NCBI GenBank assembly: GCA_963802295.1
Contig: CAWDIM010000005.1
Coordinates: forward strand, 93,780 to 157,779
Length of the DNA stretch: 64,000 nt
Reading direction: 5' to 3'
From: an uncultured Planctomycetota bacterium
GTDB lineage: Bacteria > Planctomycetota > Planctomycetia > Pirellulales > Pirellulaceae
Position numbers and translations under genes: made by a program. The notes below the pieces were generated by a model, which worked only from the letters and a program-made list of their open reading frames with translations, did no database searches and had not been told where the DNA came from. Positions 19,144-30,092 of the stretch are shown here, in pieces. The stretch's first letter is position 1. Each line of letters opens with the position of its first letter.

Positions 19144-21617
19144 CGTCGTACTCCTCCCGCCGTGGTTGTCGTGGGTGAGGCTGGTCCGGCGGCATCTCCG
19201 GGGCTGCTGGTCCATGTCTGGCGCCCGGCCGAGGCAGAAGGCCAGAGCGCTTCGTCATCGTTGCGGAACCGGGCCACGCTCCCCGATATCCCTCGCCCCG
19301 CGTCCGTCGCGGTCGTGGCGCGCCGAGCGGGATGAAAGCTGGTGAAATAGGCCAGGATCTGTTCCCCCACCAGGAGCGCAATCAGCAGGCACATCAGCAA
19401 CAGGCTCTGGTTGAAGCCCGCCTGTTGGATGGCGGCTGTTTCGTATTGGTCCGCATAGCCGATATCGACGGCCACCGGATCCAGTTTGGCGACGATCTCG
19501 CTGGTGGGAGTCTGTGCGAGATTCCCCTCTTGGGCGTCGACGTTCACGGCGAAGCGATCCGCCTCGATCGTGCCGTCCACGCGACTCAGCCACATCTCGT
19601 ACAAGCCGCTCCGATCGGTTTCGCGGGGAGCGATCGAGGCCAGCATGAATCGGGTATCGCCCGCTTCCTTCTCGGCCGGACGTTCGATCACAATCGGTTC
19701 GTTGGCGTCCTCGCTCGGGACGAAGATGCGGACATCCTGCCGGTATTTTTCCCGATCCAAACGCACGTCAATGGCACTCGCCACCGTCTGTTGGACCGTC
19801 ACGCGGCGAGAAAAGCCGAGATACGATTGGAGCCGCAGCGCGATGATCACCCCCGGCCCCAGCGCGATATCGTTCCAGTAGGGGGCATAGGTGGTGGCGA
19901 AGGCGATCACGCGTCCCTTTCCGAGTTGCTTTTCGACCGCCAGCGGCGCTCGATTTCGCAGCCGCGCCAACACCTTCACCGTACTTCCCGCTGCCGGTCC
20001 CCAGTCAGTGGGCGGCCGCAGAAATCGCTCGACGTGCATCAGGCGAATGATCGGATTCTGCCCTTGTACCAGTTCGTGAAAGACGGGATGGTCGGTCACC
20101 TCCACTTCCACGTCGGGTGTGTTGTCGATCGGATCGGCATCCAACAGGTCGTCGCGGTCGAGAGGCAACGGAAGGAGACCGTTGCCATCGCGGTAAAGCT
20201 GCTCATTATAAAAGCTGATGTTCACCTGCGGACCGACGAAGATCGCCAGTCCCCCACCCTCGCGCACGTAGTTCTCCAAGCTCGTCAACGCTCGGTCATC
20301 CAAGCGATCGACATCGAACAAATAGACGGCGCTGTAGCGACGCAGCGTCTCGACCGTCGTGTCGCGGAGGAAGGCCGGGGTCTGTATGTCGGGGTGAATA
20401 CCCGTGCGCGCGCGCTGCCCCGGCTCGAAAATCGCCTGGATGTAGAACGCATTACGCTGGTTCGGATCACCGTCAACCACCAAGACCGATTCCTGGTCGG
20501 GGAATTCCACGACACACCACCGCCGGTTGTCGTCCGCCACGCTGTCTTCCGGCAAGATGGCTTCCACCACATGCTTGCCCGCTTCGGGGAAGTAGACCTG
20601 CACCCGTTCGGTCACGGTCTCGCCCGGTTCGATCCGTTGGATCTGCAGCGTGGGAGTCTCGTCGACGCGACTGACCGGCCGTTGGCCCTCCTGGCGGGGA
20701 CCTGCGTCGGACGAGTAGAAGCCGGTGCGGACCTTCAGCTGCACATTCTCGGCGGCCGTGGGACTGTAGTTCGTTACGTCGACGTTCATGAACAGCGGTA
20801 CGCCGGAAGCGCGTGTTTCGTCGGTCGGTTTCAGGTCCGTGATCGCCAGATTGCCACGCTCTGTTCGCACGCAATTGACCAGATGGATCTGCGCATTCTC
20901 CTTCTCCACGTCGCTCAGTAACTGACGCACTTCGCTCGGATTGTCCCAGTCCCGGGCGCGGAAATCGGAGACCAGATAAACGATCCGGTTCTCCTCGCCA
21001 TTCTGCTGCATCAAGCGCCGGACGATCGTCAATGCCGCTTGCGGGCCGACGGCAAGTTGCGTCGGCTGAACGCCGGCACGGAACTCTTCCAGTCTGAGCG
21101 TGAATTTCGAATCGACATCCTCGCCGTTGATGTCGGCGATCCGCGGCACGGTCTCGGCCGCGGGATCCGCCGCCGCCGCGGCGGCCGCCGTCGAGAACCG
21201 GATCAGCGTGAAACGCTGGTGAAACTCCTGCTTGGCCGCCTCCGCGCCCAGCTGCCGAGCGAACTTCAACGCACGCTCGAAGGCGTCCGTCCCCCCCTCC
21301 CGATCGGTCATCGACATGCTGTCGTCGATCAGCACGTAGTGATGGGTCCGTGTGCTGCCAAACAGCCCCTCATAACGCCGCTGCGTGACTAACTGGGCGA
21401 GCATCGCGACAATCAACGCCACAGCCGCCATGCGGGCCAGCAACAGCAGGAGCTGTTTGAGCCAGACCCACTTGCGGTGCTTCTTGTAGCTCCGTAGCAG
21501 AAACTCCATGGCCGCCCACTTCACGCGACGATGTCGCATCATGTTGATCAAATGGATCAACAGCGGCAACAGGGCCAGGAAGAAGCCGACCGTTAGTGCT
21601 GGATAAAGGAATTGCAT
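19140..21617 (-). CDS. BatA-N (aerotolerance regulator N-terminal) domain + VWA domain membrane protein
   Basis: 825-aa ORF. MQFLYPALTVGFFLALLPLLIHLINMMRHRRVKWAAMEFL fits the BatA N-terminal domain. HYVLIDDSMSMTD is VWA/MIDAS-like. There is a C-terminal TM helix (SLLLMCLLIALLVGEQILAY). Confidence 0.85.
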   Translation of the reverse strand: MQFLYPALTVGFFLALLPLLIHLINMMRHRRVKWAAMEFLLRSYKKHRKWVWLKQLLLLLARMAAVALIVAMLAQLVTQRRYEGLFGSTRTHHYVLIDDSMSMTDREGGTDAFERALKFARQLGAEAAKQEFHQRFTLIRFSTAAAAAAADPAAETVPRIADINGEDVDSKFTLRLEEFRAGVQPTQLAVGPQAALTIVRRLMQQNGEENRIVYLVSDFRARDWDNPSEVRQLLSDVEKENAQIHLVNCVRTERGNLAITDLKPTDETRASGVPLFMNVDVTNYSPTAAENVQLKVRTGFYSSDAGPRQEGQRPVSRVDETPTLQIQRIEPGETVTERVQVYFPEAGKHVVEAILPEDSVADDNRRWCVVEFPDQESVLVVDGDPNQRNAFYIQAIFEPGQRARTGIHPDIQTPAFLRDTTVETLRRYSAVYLFDVDRLDDRALTSLENYVREGGGLAIFVGPQVNISFYNEQLYRDGNGLLPLPLDRDDLLDADPIDNTPDVEVEVTDHPVFHELVQGQNPIIRLMHVERFLRPPTDWGPAAGSTVKVLARLRNRAPLAVEKQLGKGRVIAFATTYAPYWNDIALGPGVIIALRLQSYLGFSRRVTVQQTVASAIDVRLDREKYRQDVRIFVPSEDANEPIVIERPAEKEAGDTRFMLASIAPRETDRSGLYEMWLSRVDGTIEADRFAVNVDAQEGNLAQTPTSEIVAKLDPVAVDIGYADQYETAAIQQAGFNQSLLLMCLLIALLVGEQILAYFTSFHPARRATTATDAGRGISGSVARFRNDDEALWPSASAGRQTWTSSPGDAAGPASPTTTTAGGVRR

Positions 21618-21717
21618 GAATGCGGTTCGCTAGTCGTGGGTCAATTTTCGCCGGTCGTGTGTCACGGATCTCGTTAGTTCCATCCCTCGGTTGAGCAATT
21701 AACTGGCTGATGATTCG

Positions 21718-22629
21718 TCATCCTGCTGAGCCGCGGCGGTGGGTGCCGAGTCGCGTACTCAAGAAAGTCGCCAGTGCGGCGTCCAGCGGCTGGCTGGTCC
21801 GAATCAACGCGTAGTCGATGGAGTTGCGGGCACACTCGCGCCGCATTTCATCTAGGAACGCGTTCACGGCTTCCAGGTAGCCGTCGCGCAATGCGCGGGG
21901 ATTACAGTTGAGATAATCGATTGTCTCCAGCCCTTCGAAGCGGGTCGGCCCGGAAAACGGGAAGTCCAGCTCGTCGTCATCCATCACGTGCAGCACCAGC
22001 ACGTCGTGGCCGCGCTGGCGGAGCAAACGCAACCCGCGGATAATCCCGGCCGGGTCGGCCAGCAAGTCGGAAACGAGCACCATCATGCCACGGCGCGGCG
22101 TGCTCTCCGCCACGCCTCGGAGAATGCCGTACATGTCGGTCTTGTCGCGCGGCCGGCTGATCTCCAGCGATTCAATGACCGACTGCAAATGGTTCCGTTT
22201 GCTGCGGGTCGGAACCTGCATGCGAATCCGCTCGTCAAACGAAATGCACCCGACCGCATCGTTCTGCTTCAGAACCAGGTAGGCCAGACTGGCAGCCACG
22301 GTGCACGCGTATTCGTACTTGTTCATCCCACCACCGCCGTACTGCATGCTGTTCGAGACGTCGACCAGCATGGTGCAGCGCAGATTGGTGTCCTCTTCGA
22401 ACTGCTTGACGTACAGGCGGTCCTGCCGAGCCCAGACTTTCCAGTCCACGTGGCGCAGGTCATCACCGGGCACGTATTCGCGGTGCTGCAGGAACTCGAC
22501 CGACTGGCCGAAATACGGGCTGCGGTGCATCCCCGAAAGAAACCCTTCGACGATGTGCCGGGCCCGCAACTCCAGCCGTGCGATCCGCTTGATGGCTTCA
22601 GGATGCAAAAATCTTTTTGAATCGGGCAT
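21718..22629 (-). CDS. DUF58 family protein (VWA-like, MoxR partner)
   Basis: 303-aa [54 protein letters not shown] is the canonical DUF58 signature. The gene lies immediately downstream of MoxR. Confidence 0.9.
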   Translation of the reverse strand: MPDSKRFLHPEAIKRIARLELRARHIVEGFLSGMHRSPYFGQSVEFLQHREYVPGDDLRHVDWKVWARQDRLYVKQFEEDTNLRCTMLVDVSNSMQYGGGGMNKYEYACTVAASLAYLVLKQNDAVGCISFDERIRMQVPTRSKRNHLQSVIESLEISRPRDKTDMYGILRGVAESTPRRGMMVLVSDLLADPAGIIRGLRLLRQRGHDVLVLHVMDDDELDFPFSGPTRFEGLETIDYLNCNPRALRDGYLEAVNAFLDEMRRECARNSIDYALIRTSQPLDAALATFLSTRLGTHRRGSAG

Positions 22630-23659
22630 CGCTCGTCAGTTCGTCTTCCTTGGTGGGGGTAATCGCCACGAGACGCTGTACGATCTCGTCGGCCGTAATG
22701 CCTTCACTCTCGGCGGCAAAGTTGACGACCATGCGGTGCCGCAGCACCGGCTTGGCCAGCGCCTGGATGTCGTCGGTCGATACGTGCGTGCGTCCGGTGA
22801 GCAGAGCGCGGGCCTTGCCCCCCAGAATCAGGAACTGGACCGCGCGAGGTCCGGCACCCCACGAAACCATGTCCTGCACGAAGTCGGGCGTGCCGGGACG
22901 CCCCACACGAGTCTGACGGACCAGCGACAGAGCGTAGCGGATGACGTGGTCGGTCACCGGCACTTCCCGCACCGTCCGCTGCAAATCCAAAATCTCCTCC
23001 GCCGTCAACACCGGCTGAATATTGTCCGACGGCAACGTGGTCGTGCGCCGAGCGATGTCGAACTCCTCGTCGAAATTGGGATAGTCCACGTAGACCTTGA
23101 ACATGAAACGGTCCTGCTGCGCTTCCGGAAGCGGATACGTCCCTTCCTGCTCGATCGGGTTCTGCGTGGCCAGTACGAAAAAGGGATCGGACAGCGGATG
23201 ACGCACGCGCCCCACCGTCACCTGACGCTCCTGCATCGCCTCGAGCAACGCCGCCTGCGTCTTGGGCGGAGTCCGGTTGATTTCGTCCGCCAGAATGGTG
23301 TGGGAAAACAACGGCCCCTCCAGAAAACGCCGTTCGCGGGCCCCCGTGGTCCGGTTCTCCTCGATGATCTCCGTCCCCGTGATGTCCGCCGGCATCAAGT
23401 CGGGCGTGAATTGTATGCGGCTGAAGGACAGGTTCAGCGTGCGGGACAGCGTGCTGATCATCAAGGTCTTGGCCAGCCCCGGCACACCCTCCAAGAGGCA
23501 ATGCCCGCGACTGAACAAGCAGATCAATAGCTCGTCGATCACCTGATGCTGTCCGACAATCACTTGCGACAACTGGCCCAGGATCTTCTCGCGGGCTTCT
23601 CCCAATTTGCGAATGGCGGCAGAGTCCGTGTGGCCGCCGTGCGATGCGTGGCTCGACAT
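22598..23659 (-). CDS. MoxR-family AAA+ ATPase
   Basis: 353-aa ORF with Walker [29 protein letters not shown], Walker [28 protein letters not shown], and [24 protein letters not shown]. Confidence 0.93.
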   Translation of the reverse strand: MSSHASHGGHTDSAAIRKLGEAREKILGQLSQVIVGQHQVIDELLICLFSRGHCLLEGVPGLAKTLMISTLSRTLNLSFSRIQFTPDLMPADITGTEIIEENRTTGARERRFLEGPLFSHTILADEINRTPPKTQAALLEAMQERQVTVGRVRHPLSDPFFVLATQNPIEQEGTYPLPEAQQDRFMFKVYVDYPNFDEEFDIARRTTTLPSDNIQPVLTAEEILDLQRTVREVPVTDHVIRYALSLVRQTRVGRPGTPDFVQDMVSWGAGPRAVQFLILGGKARALLTGRTHVSTDDIQALAKPVLRHRMVVNFAAESEGITADEIVQRLVAITPTKEDELTSDARFKKIFAS

Positions 23660-23751
23660 GCAAGGTTCCTCGTGGTGATCGGGGCGGATGTTATGTGCTT
23701 TGTACTAGCGTGTTCGTCGGTAACCTGCGCGCACGGTGCACGCATGCTTGG

Positions 23752-23990
23752 GAAAAAAATCCGAAATTCGAAGCACGAAATGCCAAAAATCCCACACAAA
23801 TTCTCATGACGGAAAAAGGGGAGAACGGGAATAAGGGAGCAAGGGAAAACGGAGGACGCGGTAGCATGCTCCCGTGGTGAGAATCTGCTTGCGGATCATG
23901 ATAGTCGTTCTGCCGGCAGCGGAAGTTTCTGTGCTTGAGTTTTGGATTTCGAATTCGTCTAGGTCTTCGATCTTGCGATTTCGGAGTTCC
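23752..23990. repeat. MITE-like composite repeat, copy D (reverse orientation)
   Basis: It contains the arm aaaatccgaaattcgaagcacgaaatgcc, a purine tract aaaggggagaacgggaataagggagcaagggaaaacggagg, the reverse core gcatgctcccgtggtgagaatctgcttgcggatcatgatagtcgttctgccggcagcggaag, and the arm ttggatttcgaattcgtctaggtcttcgatcttgcgatttcgg. Confidence 0.8.
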
Positions 23991-24506
23991 TCTTAGGTTG
24001 GGGATCGCTGGGATCTCAGCGGGGGGGCCGCACTGGCTTGGCCGCTGAGTTCTTTCTCTCTACGGTAATCAAAGATAGGTTTGCCGATGGACATTCGCTC
24101 CGTTTTCACCGGGACTTCGTTCTCCGCCGATTTGCTTCGATCGCCTGGTCGCCCCAAGGAACGCTTCCATCAGCATGTCCGACAGCCCGATTGTCGGGTC
24201 GTCTGGTTCCGGTTGCCCTCCTCATGGCGAGGTTTGAGCCCCACAATATCAACTAGTTACGGTTGTGCCGGCACACGACAAATGGCTGCATCCACCTGTC
24301 AGTGGGGAGTTGATCTTGAGGGTTCTACCAGACGACCGGCTGGGTGGTCCACTGAACCTGCTCAGTACTCCGGTGACCGATTCGTACGCCATACTGGCGG
24401 CGCGTCAAATAGTGCAGGGAATTGTATCACGCTGTCACGATTGGACGACCTGCGGCAGCGGATGGCAGGTCTCGAGCCGTCCGACTTGGCGTCCGCCTCC
24501 GATCCG

Positions 24507-27500
24507 TTACTTCTTTTCCTTATCTACCGGCTGCGTGGCGGGCTGGGTTGACTGTTTGGGAGGCTGCTCTTGTGGGGGTTGCTGTTGGGCGGGATTGCCG
24601 TCATTTTGAGCGGGCGTATCGGCTCCCGCCGGTGCTGCAGGTTCTTTGGCCGGTTCGCTTTTCTTTTTCTCGGTGATCGCCTCCAAAATGGCACTGGCGA
24701 TCTTTCCGACGTTCTTCATAGCGTTGTTGCCACTGGTCTGGGGCGCTGGCATCTGGACGGGCGTGGCGGCGTCCACTTTTTGATCGGTGAACTTCAGCAG
24801 GAAGTTCTTTGAGTTCGTCTTGATCGATACCGTCTGGTTATCGGGGTTCGCTTCGACCCCATAGCTGCGGATCATGGCCAGGCCGTCGTTGGCCAGCAGT
24901 CCGCGTCCATCGCGTTTATCGATACAGAGGACAGCGGCCTGGAACGTGGTGCGCGGCGAATCGGCGGAGGCTTGCGTCTGGGTGTGTCGGAAGAAGACCA
25001 AGGTGGGGGCTTCCGCCGCTTGGTCCAACGGCAGATTGTATTCGCGGATTTCGGCGGGCATGGGCCAGAGTGGCTGGCCGGACTGCCGATCGATGGCATA
25101 GATGTGGCCGTTGATTTCGGGGCACTGCTCCGTGCCGATGGAGCCGTAGAGTCGCAGTCGCGAGGAGCTGCTGTCGGGATTCTTACTGCTGGCGATGACC
25201 ATATAGAGAGCTTGTGAAGCCAGCACGTAGAGCCGATCGAGGTTGGGAGCCGGTCCCAGCTGGGCGGCCACGCGATCCTTCCCATCGGGGACATGAATCA
25301 CGACAAAATTCCCCTGCGGCTCGAAAATCGCGATCTCGTCCCGGGCCGGCTGCCAGGCCTGTGCGTCGCTGCTGAATTGGCGCGCCCACACTTCGGTCTG
25401 ACTCCAGGCGTCGAACCACCGGACGTGGAGGGATTGGCCATCGAGGCGGCAGGCGAGCACATGGCGGCCCGCGGTGAACCAACGTTCGGCTCGGGAGGCC
25501 ACTTCGCGTCGCCCCAGTTCACTGCCGTCGGCCGCGCTCACCACCAGGGCCTCGGTCGAATTAGGGCCGACGACGAACAGGTACTCGTCATCGCCGAAAA
25601 TGTCGCAGCCTGGTTCGATGCCGCCGCGTACCCAGATCGTTTCGCCGGTCAGCGGGTCGGCGCAGGTCAATTCCTGCATCTTCTGGAACACGACTCCATG
25701 CGGCGTGACAGGACCGACGGTGCCGATCAATCCCAAGCGTCCTTCGGACGGGATATAGCGCGGTGGTCCCCACTTGCGATTGATCGTATTGGACATCAAC
25801 TGGCGAGTGCGTCCGGCGGCGAGGACGAGCGAATTGGACAGATCATTGCGCCACAGCACGACATCGCCTTGCTGATCACCCCCGCGCAGTGTATCGATGG
25901 CCATGACCTCGAATCCGACGTTGAGCACGACGAGATGTCCGCGTGCCACCGCTCGGCCCGCGGTGGCGTTGGTGGTGACGAAGCGATTAGCGTCGCCGAG
26001 CAGGACGTTTTGCACGACGTTTCCATACGCATCGCTGAGCATGACGCAGTTTTGATTCGGGTTGTGGACCAGTGTATAGTCGGCCGGGAACGGGCCAGTG
26101 ATCTCAGTAAGTTCGATGGGAAACAGGCGCAGATAGGTCGGAAACGAGCCTTTGGGTTCCTCGGAGACCTCGCATTTACCGTGCAGCCAGGGAGTCGGTT
26201 TGCCGAAGTACCGGCGCAGTTTGTCTTGTTGCTGGGCGGCTTCGGCCAATTGTCTGCCGGTGGGCCCCTCCAAGGTCGCCACGTCGGCCCATTGGACCGC
26301 CAACTGGCGGTAACAGCTGGCCGCTTCCGGCAGCTTCTCCTGTTCCAGCAGCATGGAGGCCAGCAGGGCGGTGGCCGAGGCGGCGATCGTCGGTTCGGAG
26401 GCCGTTTGCAGCGCGATCAATTCGCCTTCGGCGGCGAGCAGATGGCCGCGTTCCAACAACGAGCGGGCCAGGTCCAGGCGGGCCGCCAAGCCGATGGGGT
26501 GGCCGCCGAAATGCTCGACGAACTGCTGCAGTCGACTCGTCATCTTGCTCTGGGACACTTCCTCGTAGTGGGCACGAACCAACGTGTCGAGTTGTTCGCG
26601 AACGGGGGCATCGGCCTCGGCAAGTACTTGCTGGATCTGGCTGCGCAGCCAGCGGTCGCGCCGCACTCGCAGCTGGCCATCCAGCCGTATCATGCTGGCC
26701 TCTTGGGCATCGGAGCTGAATCCGGACGCCGTTTCCATGGCGGCCAAGCGGATGAAATAGCCGATGGCTCGCGGCAGGTCGTTCTGCTTCTTCAATCCGA
26801 CAGCCATCCACCGGCAGAACTCGGCCTGCTCGGCGGGCTGTTGAATCAAGCCCTCCAGTTCGACCGCGAACTTCTGATTGCCGGCGAAATCGTCGCGCAG
26901 TGCCGCCAGCAGGGACCGGACGAGCGACGCGCGGATCGAATCGTCGTCGGGATTCAGCTGGTAAGCCCGCTGGAATACTGCCAGGGCCTCGCCGTGTCGG
27001 CCGTCGTGCAACAGCAGTTCGGCTTGCCGCGTCAGGGCCCAGCCGTCGCCGGGATTCGTGGCCAGGCGGTCACTCACGATTTTTCGCAGCGGCTGCGTCT
27101 GATAGTAGGTCGCCAGCCAGTCGACGTTCAGCGAAATGATCTGGTCCTTGTAGGCGACCATGTTGCCGAGCGTCACGTCGGTTTCGATATCCTCGATGAT
27201 GTCGCCCGTGGTCGTATCGATTTTGAGGAGCCGATTCGCGGAGGTCGGTAGATAATACTGGTGGCCGCTGAGCATGCCCCGGCCACTCGGGACGCCGGCC
27301 GTGAGTTCCCGCGTCCAGGCGACGTGACCATCGTCAATCGCGATCGCTTTCACGTTCTTCTTACCCACCATGATCGCAAAGCCATCCACCACGCAGCCGG
27401 TGAACAGCATGTCTTCGCGCGCTTTCGGCTCCCAGACCGGCTCGCCCGTAATGAGGTCGAGGCAAAAGAGATGATCCGACTCGACCGGCGTCACCAGGAC

Positions 27501-29402
27501 CCGACCATCGGCAATGGTGACGGTGGCATCGGCCCACCGATCGCCAATCTCTTTGGGGCTGTACCGAAATCCGGTCATGTTGACGCGCGTCGGCGTGTCG
27601 GCCGTCGGATATTGGTAGCCCCAGAGTAATGACCGCGTGGAGATATCGACCGCCACCACCGCGCCGCTCGAGGTCGGGCAGAGCAGGACGCCGTCGGAGA
27701 AGGAGGGGGAAGCGCCGGCAGAACGCCGCTGCGGGTCGCTGCCGATGTCCCGTGCATCGACGTGAGCCAGTTGTTGGGACCACTGCAAATGCCCCGTGTC
27801 GCCATCCAGAACAACCAGCCGAATCTCGCCGTTCATTTCCGCCAACACATACAGCTGGCCCATCAGGGGCAAGGGCGGACCGAGAAAGAAGGCGCCGGCC
27901 AACTTCGGCTCGTCCGTCCCGTCTTCGTCCCCGACGATCCACCGCAGTTTGCCTTCCGCCTTGATCTCCAGCGAAACCAGCTTGTTGGATTCCAGCGATC
28001 CGGCTTCGTTGGGACGCTGGATCCCGAACTGCTGGATGATGACCGACGGCTGCGAGCTTCCCGCCGCCATCCCCCACAGCACGAAGACCTGCCGCCCATC
28101 CGAACTGATCTGACCGTACGGCGCATCGTCCCACATCCGCTGACTCAGCTCCAACGCTTGGGGAGTCAACGCCTGGGCATGGGGGCGGATCCGGTCATCT
28201 TGCAGATTCTCCTCGTCGGGCGCTTCGTACCACGGGAACTCCCAGATGCGCTTGCCGGTCTCAAAGTCGACCCCCAGCAAGCGGCGCGGGGTGCGCATCA
28301 CGACGACGTCCGAGACGGCCAATGGATTGATCGCCGGGAGCGCCGGCACGCCGCGTTCCTGAAACTGCTTTTTCCCCTGCCGGATGAACTCCTCGTCCGT
28401 CGGATGATTGGCCGTCTGCACCCGCCAGCGGGCACTCAAGAGCGGGGTTCCCGCGGCACTTTCGGCGTTCCGCGCCGGATCGCCGCGATACATGACCCAC
28501 TGGGTGGCTTCCTGTGAGCCCGCGGCGAACTCGGGGCCGATAATCTGTGCGAGCCAGGTGAGGACCCTGTCCGCCACCTCCTTCGGCCCGGATTCGGCAT
28601 CGCCGGCCGGGAGTGCCAACGCCATGAGCGTCTCGTCCGCATCGTCGAAAAGTGACACTGTCTTGTCACCAATCCGCAACTTCGCAGCGGGCGCCCGTGA
28701 CTTCAGTTGCACGAGCGCCTCGCGGGCTCGGTTGGGCATGTCGGCCCAGAGCCAGCAGGTGGCCAGCAATACCGACAATTCGGGATCGTACTGCGCCACC
28801 GCCCCGTCGCACGACTCCAGCCGCTGAAAACAGAGTGCGGCAGCCAGCGGACGACCCTGGTCCAGATAGTGACGCCCAATCAGCATCGTCGCCTCGTAGC
28901 CGGCTTGCGTGTGAAAGTAGCGCCGAGTCACTTCGATCAACTGCTGGATATCGCGCGTCTCCAAGGCGGTGTCGAGCAATTGCCGCGCGTCGGCGCCGAA
29001 TTTCAATTCGTACAGATCCCTCCCCTTGTCCGGCATGCCGCCCAGCAGCCGCTGCGCTTCGGTCTTCAGGCTGATCCGGGGGCCGGGCTCGGACGAACTC
29101 CCCATGAAATAATCCTGCTCGCCGACGCCGTTCTGCGCGTCCGCACCCACTTCGGGCGACGCCAACAACTGGCCCAGTAAATCCACCGCCTCACCGTACT
29201 GCTCTTCCTCCAAAGCCTGCCGAGCACGAGTGAGCTGCTGACGCAGACCGCGCGGAGCCGGCAAGAAAATGTTGGTCACGTCCTCGTCGTCCTTGTCCGT
29301 GTCGGCTGCCCACAGCGAGCCCACCGTCGACCCCAGGCCAGCGACTAGGAAAATACCCACTAGGAGGGATAGGAAAAGCTGCCGTGGCAACAAATGCTTC
29401 AT
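24507..29402 (-). CDS. Giant secreted PQQ-like beta-propeller repeat protein with TPR-like helical regions
   Basis: The ORF runs 24507..29801. The likely start is the ATG at 29402 (MKHLLPRQLFLSLLVGIFLVAGLGSTVGSLWA, signal/anchor). There are multiple PQQ/BamB-like blades (VVMRTPRRLLGVDFETGKRIWEF, LFCLDLITGEPVWE, IYAIDRQSGQPLWP) and helical repeat stretches. The C-terminus is a Q/P/K-rich tail. Confidence 0.8.
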   Translation of the reverse strand: MKHLLPRQLFLSLLVGIFLVAGLGSTVGSLWAADTDKDDEDVTNIFLPAPRGLRQQLTRARQALEEEQYGEAVDLLGQLLASPEVGADAQNGVGEQDYFMGSSSEPGPRISLKTEAQRLLGGMPDKGRDLYELKFGADARQLLDTALETRDIQQLIEVTRRYFHTQAGYEATMLIGRHYLDQGRPLAAALCFQRLESCDGAVAQYDPELSVLLATCWLWADMPNRAREALVQLKSRAPAAKLRIGDKTVSLFDDADETLMALALPAGDAESGPKEVADRVLTWLAQIIGPEFAAGSQEATQWVMYRGDPARNAESAAGTPLLSARWRVQTANHPTDEEFIRQGKKQFQERGVPALPAINPLAVSDVVVMRTPRRLLGVDFETGKRIWEFPWYEAPDEENLQDDRIRPHAQALTPQALELSQRMWDDAPYGQISSDGRQVFVLWGMAAGSSQPSVIIQQFGIQRPNEAGSLESNKLVSLEIKAEGKLRWIVGDEDGTDEPKLAGAFFLGPPLPLMGQLYVLAEMNGEIRLVVLDGDTGHLQWSQQLAHVDARDIGSDPQRRSAGASPSFSDGVLLCPTSSGAVVAVDISTRSLLWGYQYPTADTPTRVNMTGFRYSPKEIGDRWADATVTIADGRVLVTPVESDHLFCLDLITGEPVWEPKAREDMLFTGCVVDGFAIMVGKKNVKAIAIDDGHVAWTRELTAGVPSGRGMLSGHQYYLPTSANRLLKIDTTTGDIIEDIETDVTLGNMVAYKDQIISLNVDWLATYYQTQPLRKIVSDRLATNPGDGWALTRQAELLLHDGRHGEALAVFQRAYQLNPDDDSIRASLVRSLLAALRDDFAGNQKFAVELEGLIQQPAEQAEFCRWMAVGLKKQNDLPRAIGYFIRLAAMETASGFSSDAQEASMIRLDGQLRVRRDRWLRSQIQQVLAEADAPVREQLDTLVRAHYEEVSQSKMTSRLQQFVEHFGGHPIGLAARLDLARSLLERGHLLAAEGELIALQTASEPTIAASATALLASMLLEQEKLPEAASCYRQLAVQWADVATLEGPTGRQLAEAAQQQDKLRRYFGKPTPWLHGKCEVSEEPKGSFPTYLRLFPIELTEITGPFPADYTLVHNPNQNCVMLSDAYGNVVQNVLLGDANRFVTTNATAGRAVARGHLVVLNVGFEVMAIDTLRGGDQQGDVVLWRNDLSNSLVLAAGRTRQLMSNTINRKWGPPRYIPSEGRLGLIGTVGPVTPHGVVFQKMQELTCADPLTGETIWVRGGIEPGCDIFGDDEYLFVVGPNSTEALVVSAADGSELGRREVASRAERWFTAGRHVLACRLDGQSLHVRWFDAWSQTEVWARQFSSDAQAWQPARDEIAIFEPQGNFVVIHVPDGKDRVAAQLGPAPNLDRLYVLASQALYMVIASSKNPDSSSSRLRLYGSIGTEQCPEINGHIYAIDRQSGQPLWPMPAEIREYNLPLDQAAEAPTLVFFRHTQTQASADSPRTTFQAAVLCIDKRDGRGLLANDGLAMIRSYGVEANPDNQTVSIKTNSKNFLLKFTDQKVDAATPVQMPAPQTSGNNAMKNVGKIASAILEAITEKKKSEPAKEPAAPAGADTPAQNDGNPAQQQPPQEQPPKQSTQPATQPVDKEKK

Positions 29403-30075
29403 GTGTCCGACTCGCAACGAGACGAAAAGTACCACCGAACCGATCCAAAAACTCGACGGGCGGCGCCAAAATCCAGCGCCGAACAGAGTCCAGCTCAAAT
29501 AGCGTAACTCCAAATTTGTAAATATCTTACAGGGCGCCCAAGGGATCGGCAACTTAATCCCCTCGCCGTGACTTGTCGCAGCGGCTTTGACGAGCGTGCC
29601 GGACGAGTATTTGCCGCGCCGTCGGTGGGCCCAAATTCGCTCCATGTCAGGACTTGATCGCCCCCAGGGCGACCGCACCGCGCCCTCCTCCCGATCGCGT
29701 CTCGGTGGTCCGCCGAGCACGCCTGGAAACCTGGTCAATGGCCCGCTTCGATATCGTCGGCGCTCACCAACCCACCACCACACCACCACACCGCCCACCA
29801 CACCGCCTCGCCACCTGCCTGCCTCACTGCCTGCGAAACGTCACTTGCCGCAACCGTCACTAGCGCCACTGCGGACGAGTCGAAACAGGGGAAAATCGGG
29901 GCTCATTGCGATTTGAGGCAGTAAAATAAGGGTTCAACGGACGAAATTGGCAAAATTATGCGGTTTTTGCGGGGTTTTCCGGCTAATCAGGGTTGTATTT
30001 CTTCGCCGACAGTATCTAATCATCGCGTTCCGCTTCGCGGACGGACGTAGTAAGTTGGTTATCGGGTTACCTCAC

Positions 30076-30083
30076 AAGGAGGG
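30076..30083 (+). promoter_or_regulatory. Shine-Dalgarno-like site for the HU gene
   Basis: aaggaggg lies 9 nt upstream of the ATG at 30093. Confidence 0.55.
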
Positions 30084-30092
30084 TATTGAACC

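Noticed and set aside
23991-24506. tmRNA, RNase P RNA or SRP RNA in the ORF-free stretch
   Set aside because: There is no tRNA-like 3' end (GGTTCGA T-loop plus acceptor), no GAGGAAAGTCC-type P4 motif, no tag reading frame, and no SRP GGAA/AGCA domain motif on either strand.
29403-29801. 133-aa N-terminal extension of the PQQ giant ORF (MVGGVVVWWWVGERRRY...)
   Set aside because: The extension translates a CA/CC-rich low-complexity intergenic stretch. A conventional signal peptide begins at the internal ATG at 29402.
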